A stretch of 64,000 nucleotides of DNA. Origin: Minisyncoccota bacterium. GTDB taxonomy: Bacteria; Patescibacteriota; Minisyncoccia; Phycocordibacterales; UBA918. How positions within the stretch are numbered: position 1 is the stretch's first letter; each line of letters starts with the position of its first letter. Both the position numbers and the translations under genes were made by a program. A model generated the notes under the pieces. It was given only the letters and a program-made list of their open reading frames with translations, was not told the DNA's origin and searched no databases. Shown here piece after piece: positions 26,930 through 37,144 of the stretch. The stretch covers positions 38,167 through 102,166 of the forward strand of contig JAIPIB010000002.1 of assembly GCA_021734905.1 (NCBI GenBank). The letters are read 5' to 3'.

Positions 26930-29900
26930 ATGTATCTACGGCGACAGCATTTTTTAGTATGTGCGCTTCTGAGTTGCATTCTTGTCTTTGCTCCGGTCTC
27001 TCACACACAGGCATTCTCACTCGATGACTCATCTCTCTGGAGAGGTACTGCGACACTCTTTGCCGGTGTGAGTTCTTTCACCTGTGGCAGTTTCTTCTCG
27101 TACATACTCAATCCACTTGGTCTCTGTGCAACGCCCAACTTTGACGGGGAACCACTCGCACAGAACGATACCCTCCATGACGCAATGGAGGGAATTGTCC
27201 CCGATGAAACACCAACGACCATACCCATTGCACCAACGTACATCACCAATACATACAACACCAATCCAACCACTATCGTACGAGACACAGTGAGAGAGGT
27301 GGTCTACCATACCGAGAGTAATACACCACCTGATCTCTCTCAGTTTGTGACCCGTGACTTCGTGAATAAACAGTCCAATAGAATTTATGATGTTCAGGGA
27401 GATGCACAGAGTACCAATGCTGCATCATTCACCACCAATCTCCTCACGGTATCAGGGGACAGCACCGTATCAGGACTCCTTACTGTTGACGGTGCACTCT
27501 CATCACTCGCATACACCTCTGCACCATACCTCACTGCCACAGATGCTGCTGCCACCTCTACCTTTGCGGGTAGTGTGACGGTTGATGGGCGTGTGGGGAT
27601 TGGGACGACGAGTCCAAAACAAAAATTACATATTGTTGGTAACGCATATACAGAAACACTCATTGAATCTTTGACAGCTGATTCTGCACTGGCACTAAAA
27701 TATGCATCTGGAAACACTGGTGGCATGTTCTTTTACTCAGGTGCCACTGCTGCTGGGTCACTATATGGAGGCAATGATAACAGTCTCAACTTACAAACAT
27801 ACACAGCAAGCCCATTAAAGTTTCTTACAAGCGGAACTGAACGCATGCGTATTTCTGATACTGGAAATGTTGGGATAGGGATAGCTTCACCAAATACTAG
27901 ATTCCAAATTGTAAATGGGTCAGTTTCCGGAAATGACGCTTTTGCCCAGTTCGGAAGTACAGTTGGAGGAACAGGTGAACTAGGCTTGCAGTTTGGACGA
28001 AGTGGAGCTACGTCTGGTTCATTAATAATTCAAGGAGTAAAAGAAGGTACTGGAGCAAATAATTTGTCCCTTCAACCAAGTGGAGGAAACATCGGTATCG
28101 GCACCACCTCTCCAACCTCTAAACTTACCGTCAATGGTGACATACGCATAGAGACAGGCTCAGGAGGACAACTCATCTTTGCAGACGGAAGCACTATGTC
28201 CTCAGCAGCACTTGGTTCAGCAGCAGCACTCTCAAACATCACAGACGCCATCATCACCGGAGACTCAGACACCAACAGTTCAGGTAATATACTATTCAAA
28301 ACCGGCTCCAATGACCGTATGACCATACTAAACAATGGAAATGTGGGAATTGGGACAGTGGGTCCGGGAACACCTCTCCAAGTAAATCACGGAGGAGGAG
28401 CTGATGGTACGAGGCAAAATGTCCTGACAGTTTCTACTGCCGGTTCTGTTACCTATGGTGGGTATATCGGCAATCGTGCTGTATCTGCAAATACGCATCA
28501 AGGCATGTTTATTGAGGGAGGGGGATCTTTAACCCTTGGAGCAAAGAGCTATAACATTGATTTTATAACGGGTGCAGGCATTACTGCTAGTGGCGATACA
28601 AATTTGAGAATGCGAATAGATTCTTCAGGCAACGTCGGCATCGGCACGACAGAGCCGGGCCTGCGTCTGGAAACAAAAGCTGCGGCCGCTGGACTACCAG
28701 CCACTTCTGGCACATCGCAAACTGGAATTATGCGCTTGAGTCAGGGGATTGGCACTGGTGTGGTTGATTTTGGTTTTGGCGGAACGGCTGGATATGGTTG
28801 GATACAGGCTGTTGATAGTGGTAATTTAGCAACCAACTATGGATTATTGTTGAATCCAAACGGCGGCAACGTCGGTATCGGGACGACGAATCCAACACAG
28901 GAACTGACAGTATATGGTGCAGGAAACAATTCTACTGAAATTAATATAATAGAGCCGGATGCAGTCTCCGAATCAATAATTAATTTTGGCGATTCCATGT
29001 CAGGGACGGCACGATATGAAGGTAGAATCTCTTATAACCATACGACTAATGCTTTAAATCTCAGCACAAATCATTTGGTCAGCACGCCCGAACTGACATT
29101 AAAGAATGGAAACGTCGGTATTGGCGTCGCGTCACCGCAGGCAATGCTTGATATTGTTGGTAACGATACCATTCTTAAAGTACGCGACACAAGAACAACA
29201 GGAGGTAACGCGACTTTACAGCTACAGGCAGAAGGTCAGCTTGCCCAGCTTAAATTCTATTACGGAGACAGATTCGCTATCGATAATGGTGGAGGAACGG
29301 AATGGCTTACAATAAAGCAGAACGGAAACATTGGCATCGGCACCACTTCACCACAGGCAAAACTAAGCGTAAAGGGAAGTGGCACCGGTTCAGGCTTCCT
29401 CGCACAGTTCACCGACAGCGCAGATAGTCCCAAGTTCACGATTTTGGATAATGGAAATGTTGGGATTGGTACGGCGATCCCAGGGTCAAAATTAACTGTG
29501 CAAGGAGGAAGTTCGGGAGCTGTTGATTTTGCTGTTATGCATTCTACTGGGAATGCGGGATTGTATTTCTCAACTCTTGCAAGCGGTTCTGGTAGATTAG
29601 TTTTTGCTAATTCCGCAAGTACAATAGTTAACCAAATCGGTATTTCAGATAATGAATACACATACTTCAATAATGGTAACGTAGGTATAGGAACATCGAC
29701 GCCAAGCGCAAAGTTGGATGTGGTCGAAGGAATTATTAGAATTTCGGGCACAAGTGATGCATTCGACCAAACTTTATCTATTCAGAATAATGTGAACAAG
29801 GTTCTTAAGCTTACTGTGGGTTCTAACGGTGGAGGGACGGCATGGTACACACAGCCAAACACAGGAACTCTCGGCGTGGATACTGGGATGGATTTACGTT

Positions 29901-32389
29901 TCTCGGCTGGCGCAGCGGAACGAATGAGAGTTACAAGCGCTGGCAACGTCGGCATCAGCACCACCTCGCCATCAGCAAAACTCGACGTCTGGGGTAATTT
30001 GAAAGTAGGCACCAGTTCAACCCCTACGTTGTTTGTTGATGCCGCGAGCGGAAACGTCGGTATTGGTACAAATAATCCTACTGGTAAGATTCAAATCTAC
30101 GACAATACTGATGCCCTAATACAAAGCACGATAGTAAACGATAGCGCAGGTACTTCGGCATGGTCGAGAGTGGGGGCCGGTGCTAGTTTCTCATCCACAT
30201 TCGTAGAACATTTCAGTAATAGTTATTCAGGTACTGGAGCAAGGCAAACGGGATCAGGAAATCTAACGACAAGTGGTTCTGGGGGATTGAGTATTTCTAC
30301 AGAAACCGCATCAACACCAATTCGCTTTTATACAAGTGGACTCGCCGCATCGAATGAGCGTATGCGTATCGATTCAGCTGGCAACGTCGGTATCGGGACG
30401 ACGAGTCCACAAGGTTCTCTCACTATCAACAGTGGTCAATTTACTGTCCCTGTTGGATCTGCTGGAGCGCCATCAATTACATTTAATGACGATTTGAATA
30501 CTGGTATATATCATAATGCGGCAGATATCATGTCATTCTCTGCTGGTGGAAACACTATTTTTGAATTCTTTAATGATACAAATGGGGCTATTTCTAGAGT
30601 CGGTCTTCAACTTAAAGGTGTTACAGCAACAGGCATACCGTCACTCTCTTTTGCTTCGGATGTCGATACTGGATTCAGTTCTCCTGGTGTTAATATCGTT
30701 AGTCTGATTACTGGAGGAAATGAAAGACTACGCATCGATTCAGCTGGCAACGTCGGGATTGGGACAACAAATCCGCAGCGTATTCTTGATTTATCAAATA
30801 CTAGCGGGGTATTTCTAAGAGGAGACCGAACAAGTGGTGCGGGCGATGCACTGACTATTGTAGGCACAGGACAAGCTGCGGTTGAGGGAGCTCGAATGGT
30901 CATTAATATGGAAAACACTACTGATGCGTCTTCTAATATACAGTTTTATACGCACAATGGAGCTGCACTAGGCGAGAGAATGAGGATAACACAAGCCGGA
31001 AACGTCGGGATTGGCACCACTTCACCATCAGGCTTACTTCATGTACAAAAAGATCAAAATAGCCCAACAAGAATTCAAATTACAAATGAAAACACTGGGG
31101 CAAGTTCCCAAACTGGACTTATGGTTACAAACTCTGCACTTCCAAATTATTATTATACCGCAGGTTTAATGGGGACAAATTTTTCAACAAACGGTTTATT
31201 TGAACCAAATAAAGGTGTAATTTCAGTTGGAGGTGAAATTGATGGGTTAAATATTTTCACACAAAAATCTACAGCTCCATTAATCTTTGGAACTAACGGT
31301 GCGGAGAAAATGCGCATCTCAAACACTGGCAACGTCGGGATTGGAACAACATCACCAACATCAAGGCTCGATATAAAACAATCTGTTGATGCTTTCGGAG
31401 GCGGTATAAGATTAAATCAAGTCGCTGACTCCGATTACGCAGAAATTGTTTCTGCGGGCGATAGGTTGGTATTTGGTTTGAATGGGTATGAAAGAATATC
31501 GATATTAGAGAATGGTAACGTCGGAATTGGAACAACATCACCAACATACAAGTTAGAGGTGGCTGGCACCATAGCTTCAGAATCAAGCGGTGCATACAAC
31601 CTAGGAGCAGCAGGAAGAGACTGGGGATGTCTCTATTACAACTCAGGCACTCTCGGTACCTGCGCATCCGACGAAAGGCTCAAAGAGAACATCAAAACAC
31701 TCACCTTTACAAATGGCACAAGTACTGCACTCAATAAAGTCGCAAACCTTGAACTCCACACCTTTAACTTCAAGAATGCTCCAGGAAGTACCTACAAGGG
31801 ACTTATTGCACAGGAAGCACTCACTGTCGCACCAGAACTTGTTGAACTCGGTAGTGACGGATACTACCGAGTGAAGTACGGTGACATTCAATGGCTCGTC
31901 CTTGAAGCACTGAAGGAACTGTATGGAAAAGTGCAGGCACTACAAGATAAGTTTGTTGATGGTGTGCTAACACTTACGAGTGCCAATGTTGATTATGTTC
32001 AATCACGTGAAATTTGCCTTAGCGACGACACGGGAACAAGTTGTATTGATCGACAGAAACTTCAAAGATTGTTAGAAGGGGATGATGCTTTAAACAATTC
32101 AGATCAAGACAATGTGTCTACATCACAAGATCCTGAACCGACAACTGACACTGTGGATGATGATACGACCAATACAGCCTCATCTAGCGCCCAAGCAAAC
32201 ACCACCACAGAAGTCACTACCCAAGATGATGAGAATTCTGACATTTCACAAGAACAAACACCTACTGAATCTGATGTTATAACTACTCCCACTGAAGAGG
32301 AGGTGCCTTTAAGTGAGTCGACGGTTGAAAATCCTACTACCACTGAACCTGAAGTGACAACTCCAACAGAGACATCTCCTACTCAGTAG
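26930..32389 (+). CDS. giant secreted repeat-rich fibre protein with C-terminal Peptidase-S74 intramolecular chaperone (autocleavage) domain and acidic T/P/E-rich tail
   Basis: 1819 aa. Signal peptide MYLRRQHFLVCALLSCILVFAPVSHTQA. About 20 tandem 45-55 aa repeats carrying [ER]MRI.S.GNVGIGTTSP..KL.V. C-terminal block GAAGRDWGCLYYNSGTLGTCASDERLKENI...YKGLIAQEALTVAPELVE...YRVKYGDIQWLVLEALKEL matches the endosialidase/tail-fibre chaperone domain (S74) with catalytic Ser at 31667-31669. Confidence 0.85.
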   Translation: MYLRRQHFLVCALLSCILVFAPVSHTQAFSLDDSSLWRGTATLFAGVSSFTCGSFFSYILNPLGLCATPNFDGEPLAQNDTLHDAMEGIVPDETPTTIPIAPTYITNTYNTNPTTIVRDTVREVVYHTESNTPPDLSQFVTRDFVNKQSNRIYDVQGDAQSTNAASFTTNLLTVSGDSTVSGLLTVDGALSSLAYTSAPYLTATDAAATSTFAGSVTVDGRVGIGTTSPKQKLHIVGNAYTETLIESLTADSALALKYASGNTGGMFFYSGATAAGSLYGGNDNSLNLQTYTASPLKFLTSGTERMRISDTGNVGIGIASPNTRFQIVNGSVSGNDAFAQFGSTVGGTGELGLQFGRSGATSGSLIIQGVKEGTGANNLSLQPSGGNIGIGTTSPTSKLTVNGDIRIETGSGGQLIFADGSTMSSAALGSAAALSNITDAIITGDSDTNSSGNILFKTGSNDRMTILNNGNVGIGTVGPGTPLQVNHGGGADGTRQNVLTVSTAGSVTYGGYIGNRAVSANTHQGMFIEGGGSLTLGAKSYNIDFITGAGITASGDTNLRMRIDSSGNVGIGTTEPGLRLETKAAAAGLPATSGTSQTGIMRLSQGIGTGVVDFGFGGTAGYGWIQAVDSGNLATNYGLLLNPNGGNVGIGTTNPTQELTVYGAGNNSTEINIIEPDAVSESIINFGDSMSGTARYEGRISYNHTTNALNLSTNHLVSTPELTLKNGNVGIGVASPQAMLDIVGNDTILKVRDTRTTGGNATLQLQAEGQLAQLKFYYGDRFAIDNGGGTEWLTIKQNGNIGIGTTSPQAKLSVKGSGTGSGFLAQFTDSADSPKFTILDNGNVGIGTAIPGSKLTVQGGSSGAVDFAVMHSTGNAGLYFSTLASGSGRLVFANSASTIVNQIGISDNEYTYFNNGNVGIGTSTPSAKLDVVEGIIRISGTSDAFDQTLSIQNNVNKVLKLTVGSNGGGTAWYTQPNTGTLGVDTGMDLRFSAGAAERMRVTSAGNVGISTTSPSAKLDVWGNLKVGTSSTPTLFVDAASGNVGIGTNNPTGKIQIYDNTDALIQSTIVNDSAGTSAWSRVGAGASFSSTFVEHFSNSYSGTGARQTGSGNLTTSGSGGLSISTETASTPIRFYTSGLAASNERMRIDSAGNVGIGTTSPQGSLTINSGQFTVPVGSAGAPSITFNDDLNTGIYHNAADIMSFSAGGNTIFEFFNDTNGAISRVGLQLKGVTATGIPSLSFASDVDTGFSSPGVNIVSLITGGNERLRIDSAGNVGIGTTNPQRILDLSNTSGVFLRGDRTSGAGDALTIVGTGQAAVEGARMVINMENTTDASSNIQFYTHNGAALGERMRITQAGNVGIGTTSPSGLLHVQKDQNSPTRIQITNENTGASSQTGLMVTNSALPNYYYTAGLMGTNFSTNGLFEPNKGVISVGGEIDGLNIFTQKSTAPLIFGTNGAEKMRISNTGNVGIGTTSPTSRLDIKQSVDAFGGGIRLNQVADSDYAEIVSAGDRLVFGLNGYERISILENGNVGIGTTSPTYKLEVAGTIASESSGAYNLGAAGRDWGCLYYNSGTLGTCASDERLKENIKTLTFTNGTSTALNKVANLELHTFNFKNAPGSTYKGLIAQEALTVAPELVELGSDGYYRVKYGDIQWLVLEALKELYGKVQALQDKFVDGVLTLTSANVDYVQSREICLSDDTGTSCIDRQKLQRLLEGDDALNNSDQDNVSTSQDPEPTTDTVDDDTTNTASSSAQANTTTEVTTQDDENSDISQEQTPTESDVITTPTEEEVPLSESTVENPTTTEPEVTTPTETSPTQ
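27590..31560 (+). repeat. in-frame coding tandem repeats (GNVGIGT units) inside the fibre gene
   Basis: Recurrent nucleotide units aacgtcgg(c/t)at(c/t)gg(c/g)ac(c/g)ac and peptide GNVGIGTTSP occur about 20 times. Confidence 0.7.
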
Positions 32390-32429
32390 AGCATCTATTC
32401 TTTCTCACTCAACGTGGGGCGGGGATAGA

Positions 32430-32452
32430 TGTGCGCGCCGAAGGTGCGCACA
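32430..32452 (+). terminator. hairpin after the fibre gene (weak terminator)
   Basis: atgtgcgc gccgaaggt gcgcacat 8-bp stem. No clear T-run. Confidence 0.3.
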
Positions 32453-32467
32453 TGATAAAATGTTTGT

Positions 32468-33220
32468 GTGGAAGAAAGTTTACAGCGAGCTTCTGATGCG
32501 GCCTTTAGTATTCAGACTGAATCATATTCAGGTCCTTTAGATTTGCTCATTGATCTTATTGAAAAGAGAAAATTTCTTATTAATGACATCTCTTTAGCTT
32601 CTGTTACTGACGATTACATGCGGTATATTGCTCAATTTGAGCAAAGTCCACTGCGTGAAATGGCAGACTTTATTGTACTTGCATCAACACTACTTCTCCT
32701 CAAATCAAAGTCATTGCTACCAATTCTTGAGCTTTCAGAAGCTGAAGAAGAGACTGTTGAATCATTGGAGCGACGGCTGAGGTATTATCAAATTTTTCGC
32801 ACTGAAGGGAAATTACTTGCTTCACTATTTGATGTCCGTCGTGCATTTGAAAGACCGTTTGCTGTCGATCAAATACCTCTCTTTCTGCCCGATTCTAGCG
32901 TAACCGCTGACACACTTGGTATTGCTATAACCAATGTTATTGCAAACCTACCAAAGAAGATTGAAAAACCAAAAGTTAAAGTACGAACAGTGGTTTCACT
33001 TGAGACGATGATAGAACGTCTCCTTGCTCGTATAGAAAAACAATTTTTATTTAAATTTAGGGACTTTACAGGAGATGCTACTGAAAGATCAACCGTTATT
33101 GTTAGTTTCCTTGCTGTTCTTGAGATGGTCAAGCAGGGAAGTGTTATGGCTCACCAAAGCGCTCGATTTAATGATATAGAAATAAAACGAGAGGGCTCGT
33201 CAGCTCCAAGATACCAGTAA
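32468..33220 (+). CDS. scpA: segregation and condensation protein A
   Basis: GPLDLLIDLIEKRKFLINDISLASVTDDYMRYI kleisin N-terminal motif. GTG start per track. Followed by scpB. Confidence 0.78.
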   Translation: MEESLQRASDAAFSIQTESYSGPLDLLIDLIEKRKFLINDISLASVTDDYMRYIAQFEQSPLREMADFIVLASTLLLLKSKSLLPILELSEAEEETVESLERRLRYYQIFRTEGKLLASLFDVRRAFERPFAVDQIPLFLPDSSVTADTLGIAITNVIANLPKKIEKPKVKVRTVVSLETMIERLLARIEKQFLFKFRDFTGDATERSTVIVSFLAVLEMVKQGSVMAHQSARFNDIEIKREGSSAPRYQ

Positions 33221-33276
33221 CAGACTAATCGACAGGTCACCCACAAAATTACACATTTTATTGCTATACTACCTTT

Positions 33277-33840
33277 ATGGATCTCGAAATGAAGATCGAG
33301 GCTGTTTTGTTTTATAAAACAGAGCCTATGAAAAAATCAGCACTTGCTGAACTTTTTTCAGTGCCCATAGAAGAAATTGAAATTGCGCTTATAAGACTCA
33401 CTGAAAGGTTACAGGGTCACGGACTTCAGATTACTACCACCGATACCTCAGCTCAACTTGTTACTTCATCAAGTATGTCTGATCTTATTGATATGGTTCG
33501 TAAAGATGAAGTTCGAGGAGAGATAGGAAAGGCAGGAGCTGAAACACTTTCCATAATCCTCTATCGTGGACCACTATCCCGTATTGAACTCGATAGAATT
33601 CGTGGAGTCAACTCATCTTTTATTTTAAGAAATCTTCTTATTCGAGGACTTATTGAAAGACGTCCGCATCCATCTGATTCACGTTCATATGTATACGCGT
33701 CCACACCTGAATTACTAAATCATATTGGCATTTCAAAAAGAGAGGAATTACCAGATTTTGAAAGAATATTGAATGAGCTCGATACTTTTGAAAAAGAGGT
33801 GTCTTCCTCGGCGATTGCAGAGTCAGAAATATCATCATGA
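33277..33840 (+). CDS. scpB: segregation and condensation protein B
   Basis: Tandem winged-helix pattern (EAVLFYKTEPMKKSALAELF...TLSIILYRGPLSRIELDRIRGVNSSFILRNLLIRGLIER). Confidence 0.8.
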   Translation: MDLEMKIEAVLFYKTEPMKKSALAELFSVPIEEIEIALIRLTERLQGHGLQITTTDTSAQLVTSSSMSDLIDMVRKDEVRGEIGKAGAETLSIILYRGPLSRIELDRIRGVNSSFILRNLLIRGLIERRPHPSDSRSYVYASTPELLNHIGISKREELPDFERILNELDTFEKEVSSSAIAESEISS

Positions 33841-34913
33841 GTAATATCCCTGAAAACATAAAGGACGAGAGCCTACTAATTCCTAATGAGTCCCAGGAGT
33901 CAGTAGATGGTACGAACCCTGAACTTCCCACAACTGAAGAACCAGCTCATGCAACATCACCTATTCCTGTTCTTCCACAACTATCGGTTGCTTTGGGTGT
34001 CCTTGTGTTTGTTTTTGGAGTTACATATATCGGTGCTGCGAAAACACTTTCAAAAAATCCGAATACAAATGAGATGCGGATTGAGACAACCCTTTCTGAT
34101 ACCTCAAAGAATTTAGCCATAGCAACAAACTTTTTTGATGCTGTAACGCTTGAGGCAAAAAGTGCTTTTGTTTGGGATGTACAGACACAAAGAGTTCTCT
34201 TTAATAAAAATGCTGATGACATTCATCCTTTGGCATCTGTCACAAAGCTAATGACTGCGCTCGTTGCTTACGAACTCCTCGACCCAACTGATAAAGTTAA
34301 GATCTCTCAACGATCACTCAGAACTGAAGGGGATAGTGGTTTTGTAGATGGAGAAGAGTTTTCTATGCGAAATCTCGTTGATCTTACTCTTATTTCATCG
34401 TCAAATGACGGTGCTGTTGCCCTGAGTGAGAAAATCGGCGCGACAGTTGTCCGATCACAAGACCCAGAAAAAGTTTTTGTAGAAGCAATGAACCTGCGGG
34501 CTACGGAGTTGGGACTCACAAATACACGCTTTTTAAATAGTTCAGGTCTGGATATTTCAAAATCAGAGGCTGGAGCTTATGGAACAGCGCGTGATATTGC
34601 TCTACTTATGGAGTATATAATTACCAAAAGTGCTGATGTTACAGAACTTACAACAACTGACATCACGACCATTTCAAATAATTCTGGTGAATACCATATC
34701 GTCAAGAATACTAATGATGTAGTAAACGGTATTGATGGACTTATTGCTTCGAAAACTGGCTATACAGTACTCGCTGGAGGAAATCTTGTTGTAGCTTTTG
34801 ATGCTGGTTTTAATAGACCGATTGTAATTGCAATACTTGGCTCTTCTCAAAACGGTCGCTTCAACGACATACTGAAGCTTGTAAATAGCGCTCGACAGAC
34901 TATCAATAACTAA
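33837..34913 (+). CDS. D-alanyl-D-alanine carboxypeptidase (S11, PBP5-like)
   Basis: SxxK (ASVTK), SxN (SSSND) and KTG (KTGYT) motifs. N-terminal TM anchor. 4-nt overlap with scpB. Confidence 0.8.
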   Translation: MSNIPENIKDESLLIPNESQESVDGTNPELPTTEEPAHATSPIPVLPQLSVALGVLVFVFGVTYIGAAKTLSKNPNTNEMRIETTLSDTSKNLAIATNFFDAVTLEAKSAFVWDVQTQRVLFNKNADDIHPLASVTKLMTALVAYELLDPTDKVKISQRSLRTEGDSGFVDGEEFSMRNLVDLTLISSSNDGAVALSEKIGATVVRSQDPEKVFVEAMNLRATELGLTNTRFLNSSGLDISKSEAGAYGTARDIALLMEYIITKSADVTELTTTDITTISNNSGEYHIVKNTNDVVNGIDGLIASKTGYTVLAGGNLVVAFDAGFNRPIVIAILGSSQNGRFNDILKLVNSARQTINN

Positions 34914-34922
34914 CCTTTACCT

Positions 34923-36002
34923 ATGCCTATGGATGTAACAATCATAAAAGTACTTGCACCTACAGCAATTGCTTTTACTGTAGGTATCCTTATTACTCCA
35001 ATAATTTCACACCATCTCTACAAATTCGAGATGTGGAAAAAGAAATCTGGAAAAGGCATTGGTTATGGTGGAGGTGCGACTCCAATTTTTGACAGACTTC
35101 ACAAGAACCGTGACACAAATACCCCGAGAATGGGCGGAATTGTTATCTGGGCAAGCGTACTTATTACTGCCGTTCTTATATGGGCTCTTCAATTTCTATT
35201 TAATGACCATCCCGTAGGAACACTGAATTTCCTCAGTAGATCTCAAACATGGCTTCCTCTTTTCGCTCTCATAATTGGAGCAGGAGTTGGTTTTATTGAT
35301 GATTTTCTTGTTGTTCGAGGAACTGGCAAGCATTTTGCTGGAGGGCTACCACTACTGCAGCGGCTCCTTGTTGTAGGAATTACAGCAATCTTCAGCGCAT
35401 GGTGGTTTTATGAAAAACTTGATGTAAGTACCGTGACTTTGATAGGTTATGGGCAAATCAAGCTTGGTATATTTTTCATTCCTTTCTTTGTCATCATTGC
35501 GCTTGCTATTTATGCAAGCAGTGTCATCGATGGAATTGATGGTCTATCCGGAGGTACTTTTATGTTCATCTTTTCAGCATATGCTGGAATCGCTGTCTAT
35601 CAGAACCAGATTGATATCGCTGCATTTTGCGCAACAATCGTCGGAGGGATACTTGCATTTCTCTGGTTTAATGTTCCCCCGGCGAGATTTTACATGACAG
35701 AGACAGGAATTATGGCGCTCACAATGTCTCTTACAATCGTTGCTTTTATGACCGACTCGCTCGGTGGAGGTGAAGGTGTTTCCGTCCTTCCCATTATTGG
35801 TATTCTACTTGTTGTGACAGTACTTTCAGATATTTTGCAACTTATCTCAAAGAGAATACTTGGAAAAAAACTTTTCCTTATTGCTCCACTTCATCACCAC
35901 TTCGAAGCAATAGGCTGGCCTGCTGAAAAGGTGACTATGCGTTACTGGATTCTAGGTTTTGTCGCTGCCGTAATTGGAATCATACTGACAATAATGTTTT
36001 AG
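34923..36002 (+). CDS. mraY: phospho-N-acetylmuramoyl-pentapeptide transferase
   Basis: DDFLVV, VIDGIDGLSGG and APLHHHFE motifs. Multi-TM. Confidence 0.9.
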   Translation: MPMDVTIIKVLAPTAIAFTVGILITPIISHHLYKFEMWKKKSGKGIGYGGGATPIFDRLHKNRDTNTPRMGGIVIWASVLITAVLIWALQFLFNDHPVGTLNFLSRSQTWLPLFALIIGAGVGFIDDFLVVRGTGKHFAGGLPLLQRLLVVGITAIFSAWWFYEKLDVSTVTLIGYGQIKLGIFFIPFFVIIALAIYASSVIDGIDGLSGGTFMFIFSAYAGIAVYQNQIDIAAFCATIVGGILAFLWFNVPPARFYMTETGIMALTMSLTIVAFMTDSLGGGEGVSVLPIIGILLVVTVLSDILQLISKRILGKKLFLIAPLHHHFEAIGWPAEKVTMRYWILGFVAAVIGIILTIMF

Positions 36003-36003
36003 C

Positions 36004-37104
36004 ATGCAACATACCTTTGATCGAACACTTCTCATTTTTACTGTGACACTTGTTGTTATAGGCTTCTTAATATTTTCATCAGCGTCACTTGGTTTACTGG
36101 CGCGCGAAGGTGCTCGTTTTTCTTCAGTAGCACTCAATCAAATACTGTTTGGTATCGTTGGTGGGGGAGCAGCACTTTTCCTAATGAGCACAGTGCATTA
36201 TCGCTGGTGGCGGCAATACGCATTTTATATTTTTTTATTCAGCCTTATTCTCACACTGTGCGTTTTTGTACCAGGTATAGGATTTTCTCATGGCGGAGCA
36301 AAACGGTGGATTGCTATTGGTTCAATTTCTCTGCAACCTGCAGAGCTCCTTAAAATTTCTTTTACTATCTATATGGCAACATGGCTTTCCGGCATGAAAC
36401 ATCATATAGGATCATTTAAAAAGGGGACCTTACCATTTGCTCTTTTTGTTGGATTAGTTGGAATACCTTTCCTCTTACAACCAGATACTGATAGTTATTT
36501 AATTATGGCAACAGCCTCTGTTGCCATGTTTATTACGGCCGGAGGAAGGATTCGTGACGTGATCATTATGGGCTTCTCAGGGATACTTCTTCTCGCTGTA
36601 CTTGCTTTCTCTAGACCATACATTATGGAACGTTTACAGACTTTTATTAACCCGGCAAATGACCCACAGGGTTCCGGTTACCAAATCAAGCAATCCCTCA
36701 TCGCAGTTGGTTCAGGAGGTTTTATAGGTCGTGGATTTGGGCAAAGTATCCAAAAGTTTGAATACTTACCAGAGCCTATAGGTGACTCGATTTTTGCTGT
36801 TTATGCTGAAGAATTTGGATTCTTTGGTTCAGTTGCTCTCCTCCTTCTTTTTGCAGGATTTGCCCTGCGAGGATACAAAATTGCGACACGTGCACCAGAT
36901 CTTTTTGGAATGCTTCTTGTTGTTGGTATCGTTACAATCATTATTACTCAGACAATCTTAAATATTGCTGCAATGCTCGGAATTGCGCCACTTTCCGGAC
37001 TGCCCCTACCATTCATTAGCCACGGTGGAACAGCATTACTTATAACACTCGCTTCAGTAGGCATTATTCTCAACGTATCAAAGTATCAGAAAAATTTTTC
37101 CTGA
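36004..37104 (+). CDS. ftsW: SEDS peptidoglycan glycosyltransferase FtsW/RodA
   Basis: GAKRWI.IG.ISLQPAELLKI and SHGGTALL motifs. 10 TM. Confidence 0.85.
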   Translation: MQHTFDRTLLIFTVTLVVIGFLIFSSASLGLLAREGARFSSVALNQILFGIVGGGAALFLMSTVHYRWWRQYAFYIFLFSLILTLCVFVPGIGFSHGGAKRWIAIGSISLQPAELLKISFTIYMATWLSGMKHHIGSFKKGTLPFALFVGLVGIPFLLQPDTDSYLIMATASVAMFITAGGRIRDVIIMGFSGILLLAVLAFSRPYIMERLQTFINPANDPQGSGYQIKQSLIAVGSGGFIGRGFGQSIQKFEYLPEPIGDSIFAVYAEEFGFFGSVALLLLFAGFALRGYKIATRAPDLFGMLLVVGIVTIIITQTILNIAAMLGIAPLSGLPLPFISHGGTALLITLASVGIILNVSKYQKNFS

Positions 37105-37144
37105 GAGCAGTATTTTGAGCGTGCTATGATAGAACATACAAACT

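Noticed and set aside
27590-31560. About 20 regularly spaced near-identical 20-nt units (aacgtcggcatcggcaccac…) that could superficially look like a CRISPR array
   Set aside because: They are in-frame codon repeats (GNVGIGT) inside one continuous 1819-aa ORF. Spacing is irregular (135-165 nt) and the intervening sequence is homologous repeat, not unique spacers.
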